A stretch of DNA of 64,000 bases from an uncultured Bacteroidales bacterium (GTDB lineage Bacteria > Bacteroidota > Bacteroidia > Bacteroidales > Bacteroidaceae): contig CADAGX010000013.1 in assembly GCA_902787575.1 (NCBI GenBank), positions 172 through 64,171 of the forward strand, given 5' to 3'. The notes under the pieces were generated by a model. The model did not search any database. It was not told the origin of the DNA and worked only from the letters and a program-made list of their open reading frames with translations. Both the position numbers and the translations under genes were made by a program. The first letter of the stretch is position 1. Each line of letters opens with the position of its first letter. Below, one piece after another: positions 1 through 8,208 of the stretch.

Positions 1-968
1 AGCACACGAAAGGTGGCGTTTTCATTGGCGTAGGCTTGCTGGTGCTGCTCTACACGCTTGTTTCGCTGACGAGCAACGTAGAAACGGCTTTCAACACGAT
101 TTGGTACGTCCGTTCGTCGCGAAACATCTACCGCCGAACGATTGACTACATCAGCATTTTCCTCTTCCTGCCGTTCCTCATTGTCATCACCAGCGGTCTC
201 AACATCTTTCTACACACCTTCGGCGGCCAGTTTCCGGACTATAAGTTCGTAAACGACACCTTGGAGTGGATGTTGCAGTACCTGCCCATGCTGCTAACCT
301 GCCTGGCATTCGTGTTCCTTTTTAAGCTGATGCCTAACACAGATGTGAAGTGGCGCAGCGTTCTTTGGCCCGGCGTGCTGTCCGGCATCATATTCCAGGC
401 TGTGCAGTTCTTCTACATACATTACCAGATTAAACTTAGCAGCTACAATGCCATCTATGGTTCCTTCGCCGCCATCCCGCTGTTCATGCTCTGGATGCAC
501 ATCTCGTGGTGTATTTGTCTCATCGGCTGCCAGCTGAGTTACGCCAACCAGAGTCTGGACAACTATGCTTTCGAGCGAAACAGCCTCGACCTGAGCCGTC
601 GCTACCGCGACTCGCTGAGCCTGCTGCTGATGTGCCGAATCTGCAAGCGGTTCGCAGCTGGTGGCACGGCCTTCACAGAGCGGACGCTGGCCAAGGATAC
701 GCATCTGCCAGAGACCATTGTTCGCATTTTGCTTGATGAACTGGTGAGCATGCAACTGCTGGCCGAGACGCACGACGAGAAGGGACGCCTCACATTCTAC
801 CTGCCAGCCATCGACATTAACCGCATGACGGTAAAAATGGTGATGAAACGCATCGACTGTCACGGCGCAGAAGCGTTGTCGCGTGTGTGGCAGACGGGTA
901 CGAGCGAATGGGAACGACTGCGCTATCTGCGCAGCCACGACGAAGACGCGTTGCTGACGGATGTCTAA
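1..968 (+). CDS. YihY/BrkB-family inner-membrane protein (5' end outside window)
   Basis: The frame is open from nt 3. The profile is multi-TM, with the NTIWYVRSSRNIYRRTIDYISIF-type segment typical of the YihY/virulence factor BrkB family. Confidence 0.7.
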   Translation, partial: HTKGGVFIGVGLLVLLYTLVSLTSNVETAFNTIWYVRSSRNIYRRTIDYISIFLFLPFLIVITSGLNIFLHTFGGQFPDYKFVNDTLEWMLQYLPMLLTCLAFVFLFKLMPNTDVKWRSVLWPGVLSGIIFQAVQFFYIHYQIKLSSYNAIYGSFAAIPLFMLWMHISWCICLIGCQLSYANQSLDNYAFERNSLDLSRRYRDSLSLLLMCRICKRFAAGGTAFTERTLAKDTHLPETIVRILLDELVSMQLLAETHDEKGRLTFYLPAIDINRMTVKMVMKRIDCHGAEALSRVWQTGTSEWERLRYLRSHDEDALLTDV

Positions 969-1840
969 AACGAGACATTCAGCGTGTCGCTCCAAGCATC
1001 ATCGACACTCAAGCGAAATTGTGCAGCCGCCTCGTCCTCGGCAAAGAAGTTGCCAGTGTAGCACGTTAAGCGGTTCACCTTCATTGGCACGTCGGCAAAG
1101 GTGCGACTCTTAATGACACTGCCGTCCGACTTGAGGGCATTCACGGTAATATTCATCGCGGCCTCCTCGGAGGGAAGAAAGGCATAGCAATTTACATCCA
1201 CACCAAGCTTACCTATCTTCGACGAAGGCACAGAAATATTGTAGGTGCGTTCTTTCTGTTCTGTGCAAAAGCCTGTTTGTGCATTCAGTGCTGTGCCGCC
1301 GCCACGATTGACGAACTGGAATGTGGCAAGTTCCTGTGGCAGCGCTTCATTAACCACCACCCGGAATGCAGCCACGGCACGTTTGAGCACCACGTTCTGA
1401 GTCTGTGCAGTTTTTCCGTCCACCGCCAGTTCAAAGCTGGATAGGAAAGTATGAGGCACATGTTCATTTCCGAAAGAAACAGCCGTAGAAGACGACATCT
1501 GACACGAATAGTTACCGTTGTAACCAATGAAAACAGCGCGATAACGGCCTTCGGGCAGAGAAACAGAGAATGTGCCATAGCTACTCTTCCCGTCCGCTTT
1601 GTTCTGAACCGTCACGCTGCCCACCACGGCATCGGTGGCAGCATCGAAGACGCCCATCACCAAATGGTCGAGCGCGTCAGCACCGGATGCACGCGTGAAC
1701 TCATCGAGGTCGTACTGCTCGTAATTTGTCACTTGGAACGTAATCTCATGCACAGTCGCAGCAGAGAATTCATCGTCGCTCTGGCAGGCACTCAAAAGGC
1801 CACAGACAGCAATTAGCGCGGAGAAAAGAACTTTTTTCAT
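965..1840 (-). CDS. Lipoprotein, possibly a FimB/Mfa2-like fimbrial anchor family member
   Basis: Signal peptide plus lipobox (LLSAC). The ~290-aa beta-rich protein ends ...CYTGNFF..., which resembles Mfa2-type subunits. The family call is from memory only. Confidence 0.45.
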   Translation of the reverse strand: MKKVLFSALIAVCGLLSACQSDDEFSAATVHEITFQVTNYEQYDLDEFTRASGADALDHLVMGVFDAATDAVVGSVTVQNKADGKSSYGTFSVSLPEGRYRAVFIGYNGNYSCQMSSSTAVSFGNEHVPHTFLSSFELAVDGKTAQTQNVVLKRAVAAFRVVVNEALPQELATFQFVNRGGGTALNAQTGFCTEQKERTYNISVPSSKIGKLGVDVNCYAFLPSEEAAMNITVNALKSDGSVIKSRTFADVPMKVNRLTCYTGNFFAEDEAAAQFRLSVDDAWSDTLNVSF

Positions 1841-1904
1841 CAGTTTAGCTGGTTTTAACTACGCAAAATTAGGCATTTTTCTTGATTGTAAAAAGAAAAA
1901 GTCA

Positions 1905-1912
1905 TACTTTTG
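1905..1912 (+). promoter_or_regulatory. Bacteroidetes -7 box (TACTTTTG)
   Basis: Matches TAnnTTTG 32 nt upstream of ATG 1945. Confidence 0.4.
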
Positions 1913-1944
1913 TGGGGAAAGTAAAAACGCTAACGCAAAACAAT

Positions 1945-2088
1945 ATGATACTGAAGTGCATTCTTGGCTGGCTCGCCTTTGATTTGATTGTCTACCTTGC
2001 AATGTGGTTCGACACAGCCTACTACAAATACGACCTGCCCACTGTTGCGCGTAAAATCATGGATAGTTTTACCGAGGAGGAAGAGTAA
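1945..2088 (+). CDS. Small (47 aa) putative membrane protein
   Basis: MILKCILGWLAFDLIVYLAMWF... has one hydrophobic helix and an acidic tail. Its stop overlaps the next ATG (TAATG), and a promoter box lies just upstream. Confidence 0.3.
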   Translation: MILKCILGWLAFDLIVYLAMWFDTAYYKYDLPTVARKIMDSFTEEEE

Positions 2089-2636
2089 TGCGGCGCATTC
2101 TGCCATACGTTTTCCTATTGTTGGCTGTCGCATGTGAGAAAGTGGACCTCACCAAGGAAGAAGCGACAGGAGGGAACGTTGAATGGAGCGGCCCGCCCGT
2201 TGGCACCGGCGAGGGAACAGCACAGAAGCCATACACAGTAGAAGAAATACAGACGCTGCCCATGGGCGAGACGGGGCAGTGTTGGGTCATTGGCTACGTG
2301 GTGGGAGCCACGTATCGAAGCATGAACGAAGCCATGTTCACGTCCGCCACTTCCTATACCAGCAACATCTTACTCTCAGGCGACTCGCTGTGCGAGGACA
2401 TCCGCAACTGCATCCCAGTGGAACTAAGCGGCAAAAAGATGCAGAAGGCCTTTGCCTTGCCGCAGAACCCAGCCGGGTTCCGCCAATGTGCAGTTTTTCA
2501 TGGCACTGCCGCACGCTACTTCAGCAAAAATGGCCTGCGAGAAATTGACGCAGGCCATTGGCTTTTGGGTTTTGACATTCAGGCTATCTGCCCCACTCCA
2601 CAGGAATGGGAAGACACCGTCATCGTGTTACGATAG
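2088..2636 (+). CDS. OB-fold-like surface lipoprotein (DUF6359-like)
   Basis: Lipobox LLAVAC. The KPYTVEEI...CWVIGYVVG...NILL...CIPVEL...YFSKNGLREI pattern is recalled from DUF6359 domains of extracellular nucleases and lipoproteins. Confidence 0.55.
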   Translation: MRRILPYVFLLLAVACEKVDLTKEEATGGNVEWSGPPVGTGEGTAQKPYTVEEIQTLPMGETGQCWVIGYVVGATYRSMNEAMFTSATSYTSNILLSGDSLCEDIRNCIPVELSGKKMQKAFALPQNPAGFRQCAVFHGTAARYFSKNGLREIDAGHWLLGFDIQAICPTPQEWEDTVIVLR

Positions 2637-3432
2637 CAACGATAGATACTACTGCCGTTATCAAGCTTAGGATGCTGGCTCCCGCCGAGAGGAACGTGTA
2701 GAAAGCACTGCTCTTTACGCTCTTGCTCTTGTTAGGCTCCACATATATCATGTCGTTTTGCTGCACGTAGTACGCGGGATTCTCAAAGACATCGGCCTTC
2801 GTAAGGTCTATCTCATACATCTTTCTGGTGCCGCCCTCCTCGCGGAAAAGTTTTACCTTCTGGCGAAGACCGGTATCATCCACGTCGCCGCACTGGGCCA
2901 GCACGTCGAGAATGGTATTGCGCTCGCTGGAAAGCGAAACAACACGCGGCCCTTGTACTGCGCCAAGCACTGCCACACGAGCGTTGAGCAAGCGTACCGT
3001 CACCTCGGGGTCGGCAATCAAACCTTTCTCCTTAATCCTATTTTCTATCAACACCGCGGCCTGATCTACCGTATAGCCCGCCACACTCACCGAACCGATG
3101 GCCGGAAGATCCAACTTGCCGTCGTTAGTCACCGTGTAACCGTAAACGTTGGTCATGGTATTGCCAGAACTCATACTATAGGTTGAGTTACCCAGCGTTC
3201 CCATCGTGACATCCTGTGCAAAGACCTGCAGCAACTCAGGATCGCTACATGTGACCTTCACTATCACCTGATCGGCAGGTTTCAACTTCATTTCGTACTG
3301 CTGAATGATGGTCTGCGCCTGCGCATATAGGCTGTCAGCGCCTTGGAAGTACACGATTTTCTTGGTAGAGACACAGCTGCTAACCGAAAATAACAGTGCC
3401 AAAAGCACGACGATGGAGGAAAACTTCTTCAT
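2620..3432 (-). CDS. Polysaccharide export protein (Wza-like, Poly_export + SLBB)
   Basis: Lipoprotein signal (SSC). Contains Y(F)QG...Y.LKPAD.V.V, an SLBB-like segment and a C-terminal TM helix. Confidence 0.75.
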   Translation of the reverse strand: MKKFSSIVVLLALLFSVSSCVSTKKIVYFQGADSLYAQAQTIIQQYEMKLKPADQVIVKVTCSDPELLQVFAQDVTMGTLGNSTYSMSSGNTMTNVYGYTVTNDGKLDLPAIGSVSVAGYTVDQAAVLIENRIKEKGLIADPEVTVRLLNARVAVLGAVQGPRVVSLSSERNTILDVLAQCGDVDDTGLRQKVKLFREEGGTRKMYEIDLTKADVFENPAYYVQQNDMIYVEPNKSKSVKSSAFYTFLSAGASILSLITAVVSIVAIVTR

Positions 3433-3451
3433 TTTAGACTTAATTTTGATG

Positions 3452-3459
3452 CAAAGATA
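3452..3459 (-). promoter_or_regulatory. -7 box (TATCTTTG on minus strand)
   Basis: Lies 19 nt upstream of the wza-like ATG at 3432. Confidence 0.4.
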
Positions 3460-3544
3460 ACGCTTTTATTCCGTTCCAAAAGAAAAAAAGCGAGTTTTTA
3501 TGAGAAGTTTTTCACAATGTGCCCTCGAAAAGCAGAAAAAGAGC

Positions 3545-3552
3545 TATCTTTG
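3545..3552 (+). promoter_or_regulatory. -7 box (TATCTTTG)
   Basis: Lies 23 nt upstream of ATG 3576. Confidence 0.4.
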
Positions 3553-3575
3553 CAAAAACGCTTAAAGAGAAAGAT

Positions 3576-3995
3576 ATGACCATTGCAGTAGATTTTGACG
3601 GAACGATAGTGGCGCACCGCTACCCAAAGATTGGAGAAGAACGGCCTTTCGCCACGCAGACGTTGCGCATGCTGATAGAAGAGCACCACAAACTCATTCT
3701 TTGGACAGTCCGCGAGGGTGAACTTCTGGACGAGGCCGTGGAATGGTGCAGGGCGCGTGGTGTGGAATTCTATGCAGTCAACAAAGATTTCCCAGAAGAG
3801 GATGAGACAAAGAACCGGCACTTCAGCAGGAAGATTAAGGCCGACATGTTTATCGACGACTGCAACATCGGCGGACTGCCGGACTGGGGCACCATTTACC
3901 AGATGATACATAACGGGAAGACCTACGAACAGGTGCTGATGGAAGAAATGGGCACCAACCGCGAGAAGCCGAAGAAGAAGTGGTGGCAGTTCTGA
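3576..3995 (+). CDS. Small HAD-superfamily-like protein
   Basis: Has an N-terminal DFDGT(I) motif right after the Met at 3576. The size (139 aa) fits small Bacteroides HAD-like proteins. Confidence 0.5.
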   Translation: MTIAVDFDGTIVAHRYPKIGEERPFATQTLRMLIEEHHKLILWTVREGELLDEAVEWCRARGVEFYAVNKDFPEEDETKNRHFSRKIKADMFIDDCNIGGLPDWGTIYQMIHNGKTYEQVLMEEMGTNREKPKKKWWQF

Positions 3996-4030
3996 GCCGC
4001 CGGCGCTAAAAGGCAAAAGCCGCCTCTCCG

Positions 4031-4135
4031 AAAACTACACGTGCCTATCACGAAAACTACACGTCGCAAAGAGAAATGCCACACGTCGCTTGAGCACTTG
4101 CGACGTGTGGCATTTCTGATAACTACGTGTGACGT
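4031..4135. repeat. Array A of the 22-bp phased ACRYGT-core repeat family (5 units)
   Basis: ACGT cores sit at 4039, 4061, 4083, 4103 and 4125 (spacings 22, 22, 20, 22). The array lies between convergent genes. Confidence 0.8.
4074..4115. terminator. Bidirectional terminator-like hairpin formed by two inverted repeat units
   Basis: AAATGCCACACGTCGC (4074-4089), a 10-nt loop, then GCGACGTGTGGCATTT (4100-4115). The 16-bp stem is perfect, has A/T tracts at both ends, and lies between two convergent stops. Confidence 0.5.
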
Positions 4136-4137
4136 TC

Positions 4138-5700
4138 TTACTTGGCATACGCCACAGAACGAGTCTCGCGGATAACCGTGATTTTCACCTGGCCCGGGTA
4201 GGTCATCTCGTTCTGTATCTTTGTGGCAATCTCGGCGCTGAGTTGCTCCGTCTGCTTGTCGTCAATCTTATCCGCGCCCACAATGACACGCAGTTCGCGG
4301 CCGGCCTGGATGGCGTATGTCTTCACAACGCCCGGATAGCTCATGGCAATGTTCTCCAGATCCTTCAGACGCTTGATGTAAGCCTCCACAATTTCGCGAC
4401 GGGCACCGGGACGTGCACCGCTGATGGCATCGCAAACCTGTACGATGGGAGCCAATAGCGTTGTCATCTCCATTTCCTCGTGATGCGCACCGATGGCATT
4501 GCAGATGTCGGGCTTCTCCTTATACTTCTCGGCCAGTTTGGCACCATAAAGTGCGTGCGGCATCTCGGGTTCCTCGTCGGGCACCTTTCCGATGTCGTGC
4601 AACAGACCTGCGCGCTTTGCCTTCTTGGGATTCAGTCCGAGTTCGCTGGCCATAACTGCACACAGATTGGCCGTCTCGCGAGCATGCTGCAGAAGATTCT
4701 GGCCGTAGCTGCTGCGATACTTCATCTTGCCGATGATGCGAACGAGTTCGGGATGAAGGCCGTGCACGCCAAGGTCGATGGTCGTACGCTTTCCGGTCTC
4801 CAGAATCTCCTCATCTATCTGCTTTTTCACCTTTGCCACCACTTCCTCGATGCGCGCCGGATGAATGCGGCCGTCGGCCACCAACTGGTGCAACGCCAGG
4901 CGAGCTATCTCGCGACGCACGGGATCGAATGCGCTGATGACGATTGCCTCGGGTGTGTCGTCCACCACGATTTCCACGCCAGCAGCTGCCTCCAGCGCCC
5001 GAATGTTGCGTCCCTCGCGGCCAATGATGCGTCCCTTCACCTCATCGTTGTCTATGTGGAAAATGGTCACACTATTTTCCACAGCAGTCTCCGTAGCGAC
5101 GCGCTGTATCGTCTGAATGATGATTCGCTTGGCCTCTTTGTTGGCTGTCATCTTTGCGTCGTCCATTATCTCGTTGATGTAGGCAGCGGCGCTCGTTTTG
5201 GCTTCGTCTTTCAGCGACTCAACGAGGCGTTCCTTGGCTTCCTCGGCACTGAGACCGGATATCTCCTCCAGCTTTGTACGTTCCTGTTCCAAGAGATTGT
5301 TCTGTCGCACATTCAGGTCGTCCTCTTTCTTCTGCAGCAGAGCCTGCTGAGTTTCGAGCCTCTGCCACAGGCCATCCGACTCCTGGCGCTTGCGCGTCAG
5401 CTCGTCCTGCTTCTGATTGAGACTCATCTCGCGCTGCTTGATGCGGTTCTCAGCCTGCTGAATCTGCTGGTTGCGGACACGCAACTCCTTCTCCAACTCA
5501 GCTTTTTTGCTGAGGAACTTCTCTTTTACTTCCAGCAGTTTGCGTTCTTTAATTACTTCGGCTTCTTTCTCGGCAGCCTCACACGCCTCTTTCTTCAGCG
5601 CTTTGCGCTTGGCTGGGACGAAGGCCACGTACCAGATCACCACAAGCAATGCAAACGCAACAATGCCTATGATTAAGGCTACAACTATGCTTGATGTCAT
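4138..5700 (-). CDS. rny: Ribonuclease Y
   Basis: N-terminal TM helix, long coiled coil, KH domain ([15 protein letters not shown]) and HD domain (LLHDIGK). Confidence 0.95.
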   Translation of the reverse strand: MTSSIVVALIIGIVAFALLVVIWYVAFVPAKRKALKKEACEAAEKEAEVIKERKLLEVKEKFLSKKAELEKELRVRNQQIQQAENRIKQREMSLNQKQDELTRKRQESDGLWQRLETQQALLQKKEDDLNVRQNNLLEQERTKLEEISGLSAEEAKERLVESLKDEAKTSAAAYINEIMDDAKMTANKEAKRIIIQTIQRVATETAVENSVTIFHIDNDEVKGRIIGREGRNIRALEAAAGVEIVVDDTPEAIVISAFDPVRREIARLALHQLVADGRIHPARIEEVVAKVKKQIDEEILETGKRTTIDLGVHGLHPELVRIIGKMKYRSSYGQNLLQHARETANLCAVMASELGLNPKKAKRAGLLHDIGKVPDEEPEMPHALYGAKLAEKYKEKPDICNAIGAHHEEMEMTTLLAPIVQVCDAISGARPGARREIVEAYIKRLKDLENIAMSYPGVVKTYAIQAGRELRVIVGADKIDDKQTEQLSAEIATKIQNEMTYPGQVKITVIRETRSVAYAK

Positions 5701-5740
5701 GAAATATAAGTTTAAATTATTAATAAATTGGGGTCATAAC

Positions 5741-6052
5741 TCACTGTTCCTGCTTTTCGTTCAGTGCGGACTCCAACTCTTCGAGCAGCGGCGCAAGCCT
5801 GTTTACAATGGGCGTTGCGTCCATAGACGTTTCCTTCTGCTTTAGCATCACGGCCACGTCAAGTACCGTCATAACCAAGTACATTTCGGTACTCTGATTA
5901 CGATAGTTGTTCGTATAAAAGCTGTACCTCTCCTTTATCAGTTTCTCGGCCTGCCGATAGATTTCCTCGTCTTGGCGACGAACGGTCATCGGCAAGGTCC
6001 AACTCCCGAAACGGAGGGTTATTGATAATGTATCGTTTTGCTTCTGATCCAT
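5741..6052 (-). CDS. zapA: Cell division protein ZapA
   Basis: ~100-aa protein with a ZapA-like N-terminus (ITL....Y.L.V..DEE), placed directly upstream of rny as in other Bacteroidetes. Confidence 0.7.
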   Translation of the reverse strand: MDQKQNDTLSITLRFGSWTLPMTVRRQDEEIYRQAEKLIKERYSFYTNNYRNQSTEMYLVMTVLDVAVMLKQKETSMDATPIVNRLAPLLEELESALNEKQEQ

Positions 6053-6351
6053 TACTCTGTTGTTTTAAGCATCGCGATGCATCGGTCAATGTCTCGCACC
6101 ATTTTGGATATTCGGCCGCGCATCTGCTTCATGTCGTCGTCGGCCATATCCAGGTATTTTGCCATCTTCAGATGGGCGTAATTCTCCTGTAGTTTTTTAT
6201 TCTCACTCTCGAGGTTTTGGATTTTCTCCGCAGCCTCTTGCAAGCGCCGCTCCAACTGGATGCACTCCTCCTGCCGCTGCTTGTGCAACAACAAAAGCTG
6301 ACGGGTACGCGTTTCGAGCCGCGAGACCAAATCTGTCACTTGTGCGTCCAT
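6052..6351 (-). CDS. Coiled-coil protein (ZapB-like?)
   Basis: 99-aa heptad-rich sequence. It overlaps the zapA start by 1 nt. Confidence 0.5.
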   Translation of the reverse strand: MDAQVTDLVSRLETRTRQLLLLHKQRQEECIQLERRLQEAAEKIQNLESENKKLQENYAHLKMAKYLDMADDDMKQMRGRISKMVRDIDRCIAMLKTTE

Positions 6352-6380
6352 GAGATACCGCTATTTGCTTATTTTCTGTA

Positions 6381-6388
6381 CAAAGGTA
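6381..6388 (-). promoter_or_regulatory. -7 box (TACCTTTG on minus strand)
   Basis: Lies 29 nt upstream of ATG 6351 (coiled-coil/zapA/rny unit). Confidence 0.4.
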
Positions 6389-6412
6389 AGTTTTTTTCTG
6401 CGTTACGCAAAA

Positions 6413-7036
6413 TTATTCCTCACTATTTTTGCGAGGTTCCTTTTTGGCAAGCATCACAATCGTGTGCACGTACTCCGTCATCCACGCTTCGGAGTACCCC
6501 AGCATCGACTGGTATTTGCGAAGCGCCACGCAAGTACGGCGCACACCATCGTCGCTCCAGTCGTTTTTAGTCATCACTTCGTGCACCTGCTTGGCCACCA
6601 TTTCCTTCAGAGCGTTACTGAAGAAACGCGGGAGACGAAACTTCCACTGCATCAAGTTTCCCATCAGCATCAGCAAGTCCTGACTGAAACCTTGGAACGC
6701 GTAGAGATATCCCTGCACATCCTGAATTTTGCGACAGCGTTTCTTCACACTCTGGTCCACCTCGTCGAAGAAACCGTCGCTCACCTTGTAGATATCCTGA
6801 ATCAGGCGCTTGCAATACTTCTTCTCGCCGACGCCAAGTTTGTTGTTCACGGTCTGCACGTGATACGTTTGCTTGAAAATCCGCAGGTCGGGCAAGGCGG
6901 CAAGATTGCTGATGCCCATCTGCGATGCTATTGCAGACTGATAGTAAACGCGTATCAGCAGCATGAAATCCTCCATGCCACCCACTCGCGGTTCGCCGTC
7001 ATTCTTTCTTCCGAATAGTTTACTCCAAAAAGACAT
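6413..7036 (-). CDS. Hypothetical protein
   Basis: 207-aa ORF with coding-like composition. I recognise no family. Confidence 0.5.
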   Translation of the reverse strand: MSFWSKLFGRKNDGEPRVGGMEDFMLLIRVYYQSAIASQMGISNLAALPDLRIFKQTYHVQTVNNKLGVGEKKYCKRLIQDIYKVSDGFFDEVDQSVKKRCRKIQDVQGYLYAFQGFSQDLLMLMGNLMQWKFRLPRFFSNALKEMVAKQVHEVMTKNDWSDDGVRRTCVALRKYQSMLGYSEAWMTEYVHTIVMLAKKEPRKNSEE

Positions 7037-7057
7037 TCCTTTTATTCCTTATTTATA

Positions 7058-8014
7058 TTATACACTTTGAGATTTCTCACTTCTGCGCCCCAGAAACTGC
7101 GTGAGGGAGCGCCACATGATACGCAAGTCGAGCCAGCACGACCAGTTCTGAAGATACCAGAAATCGTCTAACACCTCAGTCTCCAGTTCGCTGCGGCGAC
7201 ATACGTCCTGACTATGGTCGCAGACTTGCGCCCAACCGGTAAGCCCAGGCTTTGCGATGCAGCGGATTCTATATCGCGTTGCCTCACGCAGATACGATTC
7301 CATCTCTTCTGGCTGCCGCGGGCGGGAACCGACAAACGACATTTCGCCAAAAAAGACGTTGAGGAACATGGGCAGTCGGTCCACCCACGTTTCACGCACA
7401 GCACCTTCCGGCCGTCGGAACGTCAAACGCCGAAACACACGTCCCTGCCGTCCGACGCATCGTGTCCGCAGAAAGATGGGACCGGGCGACTTGCGTTTAA
7501 TTCGGATGCCACACACAACGCAGAAGAACGGGAAAAGCGTCAGCAAAAAAACAGCGCTCAGAAGAAAATCTGCCACACGTTTTTCCACTCGACGCCACAC
7601 GTCGTACAGCACAGAACGACGTGTCGTTTGCGCAGAAACAAAGCCTCTACGAACAAGAGTCATTCGACGGCGCACGAAGGGCAAACCGACTGGGAGAGAA
7701 TAGAAGCGTATGCCATGCTCCTCGCACATATAGAAAAGCGACTCTGCCGCGCCCTGCTCCATACAACTCATGCAACAGAAAACCTCGTCCACGTCTGGAT
7801 GCTCCGCCAAGAATTGCTCTGCATCCTGCGCCGCTCCACGATACGAGATCTCCACGCGAACGTCGCCCTCGGCATCGTCAGAAAACAATGCGTCCACGAC
7901 GAAAAGTTTGCCGCCAAGCCTCCAGGCGTCGTACCACTCGTGAAAGAGCCTCAACGGGCCTACAAATATGACGTGTTTACTACGTTTCATTCCCTTTTTG
8001 ACATTGAACTCCAC
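7058..8014 (-). CDS. Polyprenyl-phosphate sugar phosphotransferase (Bac_transf; WbaP/EpsB-like without N-terminal TM bundle)
   Basis: C-terminal motifs KRVADFLLS, SPGPIFL, FVGSRP and KPGLTGWAQV. The N-terminal part resembles the Rossmann-like domain of large PGTs. Confidence 0.8.
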   Translation of the reverse strand: MEFNVKKGMKRSKHVIFVGPLRLFHEWYDAWRLGGKLFVVDALFSDDAEGDVRVEISYRGAAQDAEQFLAEHPDVDEVFCCMSCMEQGAAESLFYMCEEHGIRFYSLPVGLPFVRRRMTLVRRGFVSAQTTRRSVLYDVWRRVEKRVADFLLSAVFLLTLFPFFCVVCGIRIKRKSPGPIFLRTRCVGRQGRVFRRLTFRRPEGAVRETWVDRLPMFLNVFFGEMSFVGSRPRQPEEMESYLREATRYRIRCIAKPGLTGWAQVCDHSQDVCRRSELETEVLDDFWYLQNWSCWLDLRIMWRSLTQFLGRRSEKSQSV

Positions 8015-8048
8015 TCGCGCCGAACGCAGAATCGCCCAATAATCGCCA

Positions 8049-8056
8049 CAAAATTA
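8049..8056 (-). promoter_or_regulatory. -7 box (TAATTTTG on minus strand)
   Basis: Lies 34 nt upstream of ATG 8014. Confidence 0.35.
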
Positions 8057-8149
8057 CACATATTTTTTCAGATTCCCGCATTTTACGCGGAAATAAACGA
8101 AATTTGCATCATTTCTTTTTAAAACTTTCTTCACCTCATTTTTTTTCCT

Positions 8150-8157
8150 TACTTTTG
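8150..8157 (+). promoter_or_regulatory. -7 box (TACTTTTG)
   Basis: Lies 51 nt upstream of the wzc-like ATG at 8209. Confidence 0.4.
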
Positions 8158-8208
8158 CACACGAGAAAAGTTTCTTAAAGAAGTTTCACGTTTAACACCA
8201 TAAAACTG

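Noticed and set aside
2620-2636. A 17-bp overlap of the convergent 3' ends of the DUF6359 lipoprotein and wza-like genes, considered as a possible antisense regulatory feature.
   Set aside because: Short convergent overlaps are common, and no additional structure or motif is visible.
7571-7630. Three repeat-family-like units (ACGT cores at 7577, 7599 and 7619, spacing 22/20) inside the sugar-transferase CDS.
   Set aside because: They encode the conserved ...YDVWRRVEKRVADF... (KR..D) segment found in all Bac_transf enzymes. The second PGT shows similar DNA (GACGTGGTGG) at its own KR..DVV motif. The resemblance is most simply a by-product of codons for D-V-W/R-V, though exaptation cannot be excluded.
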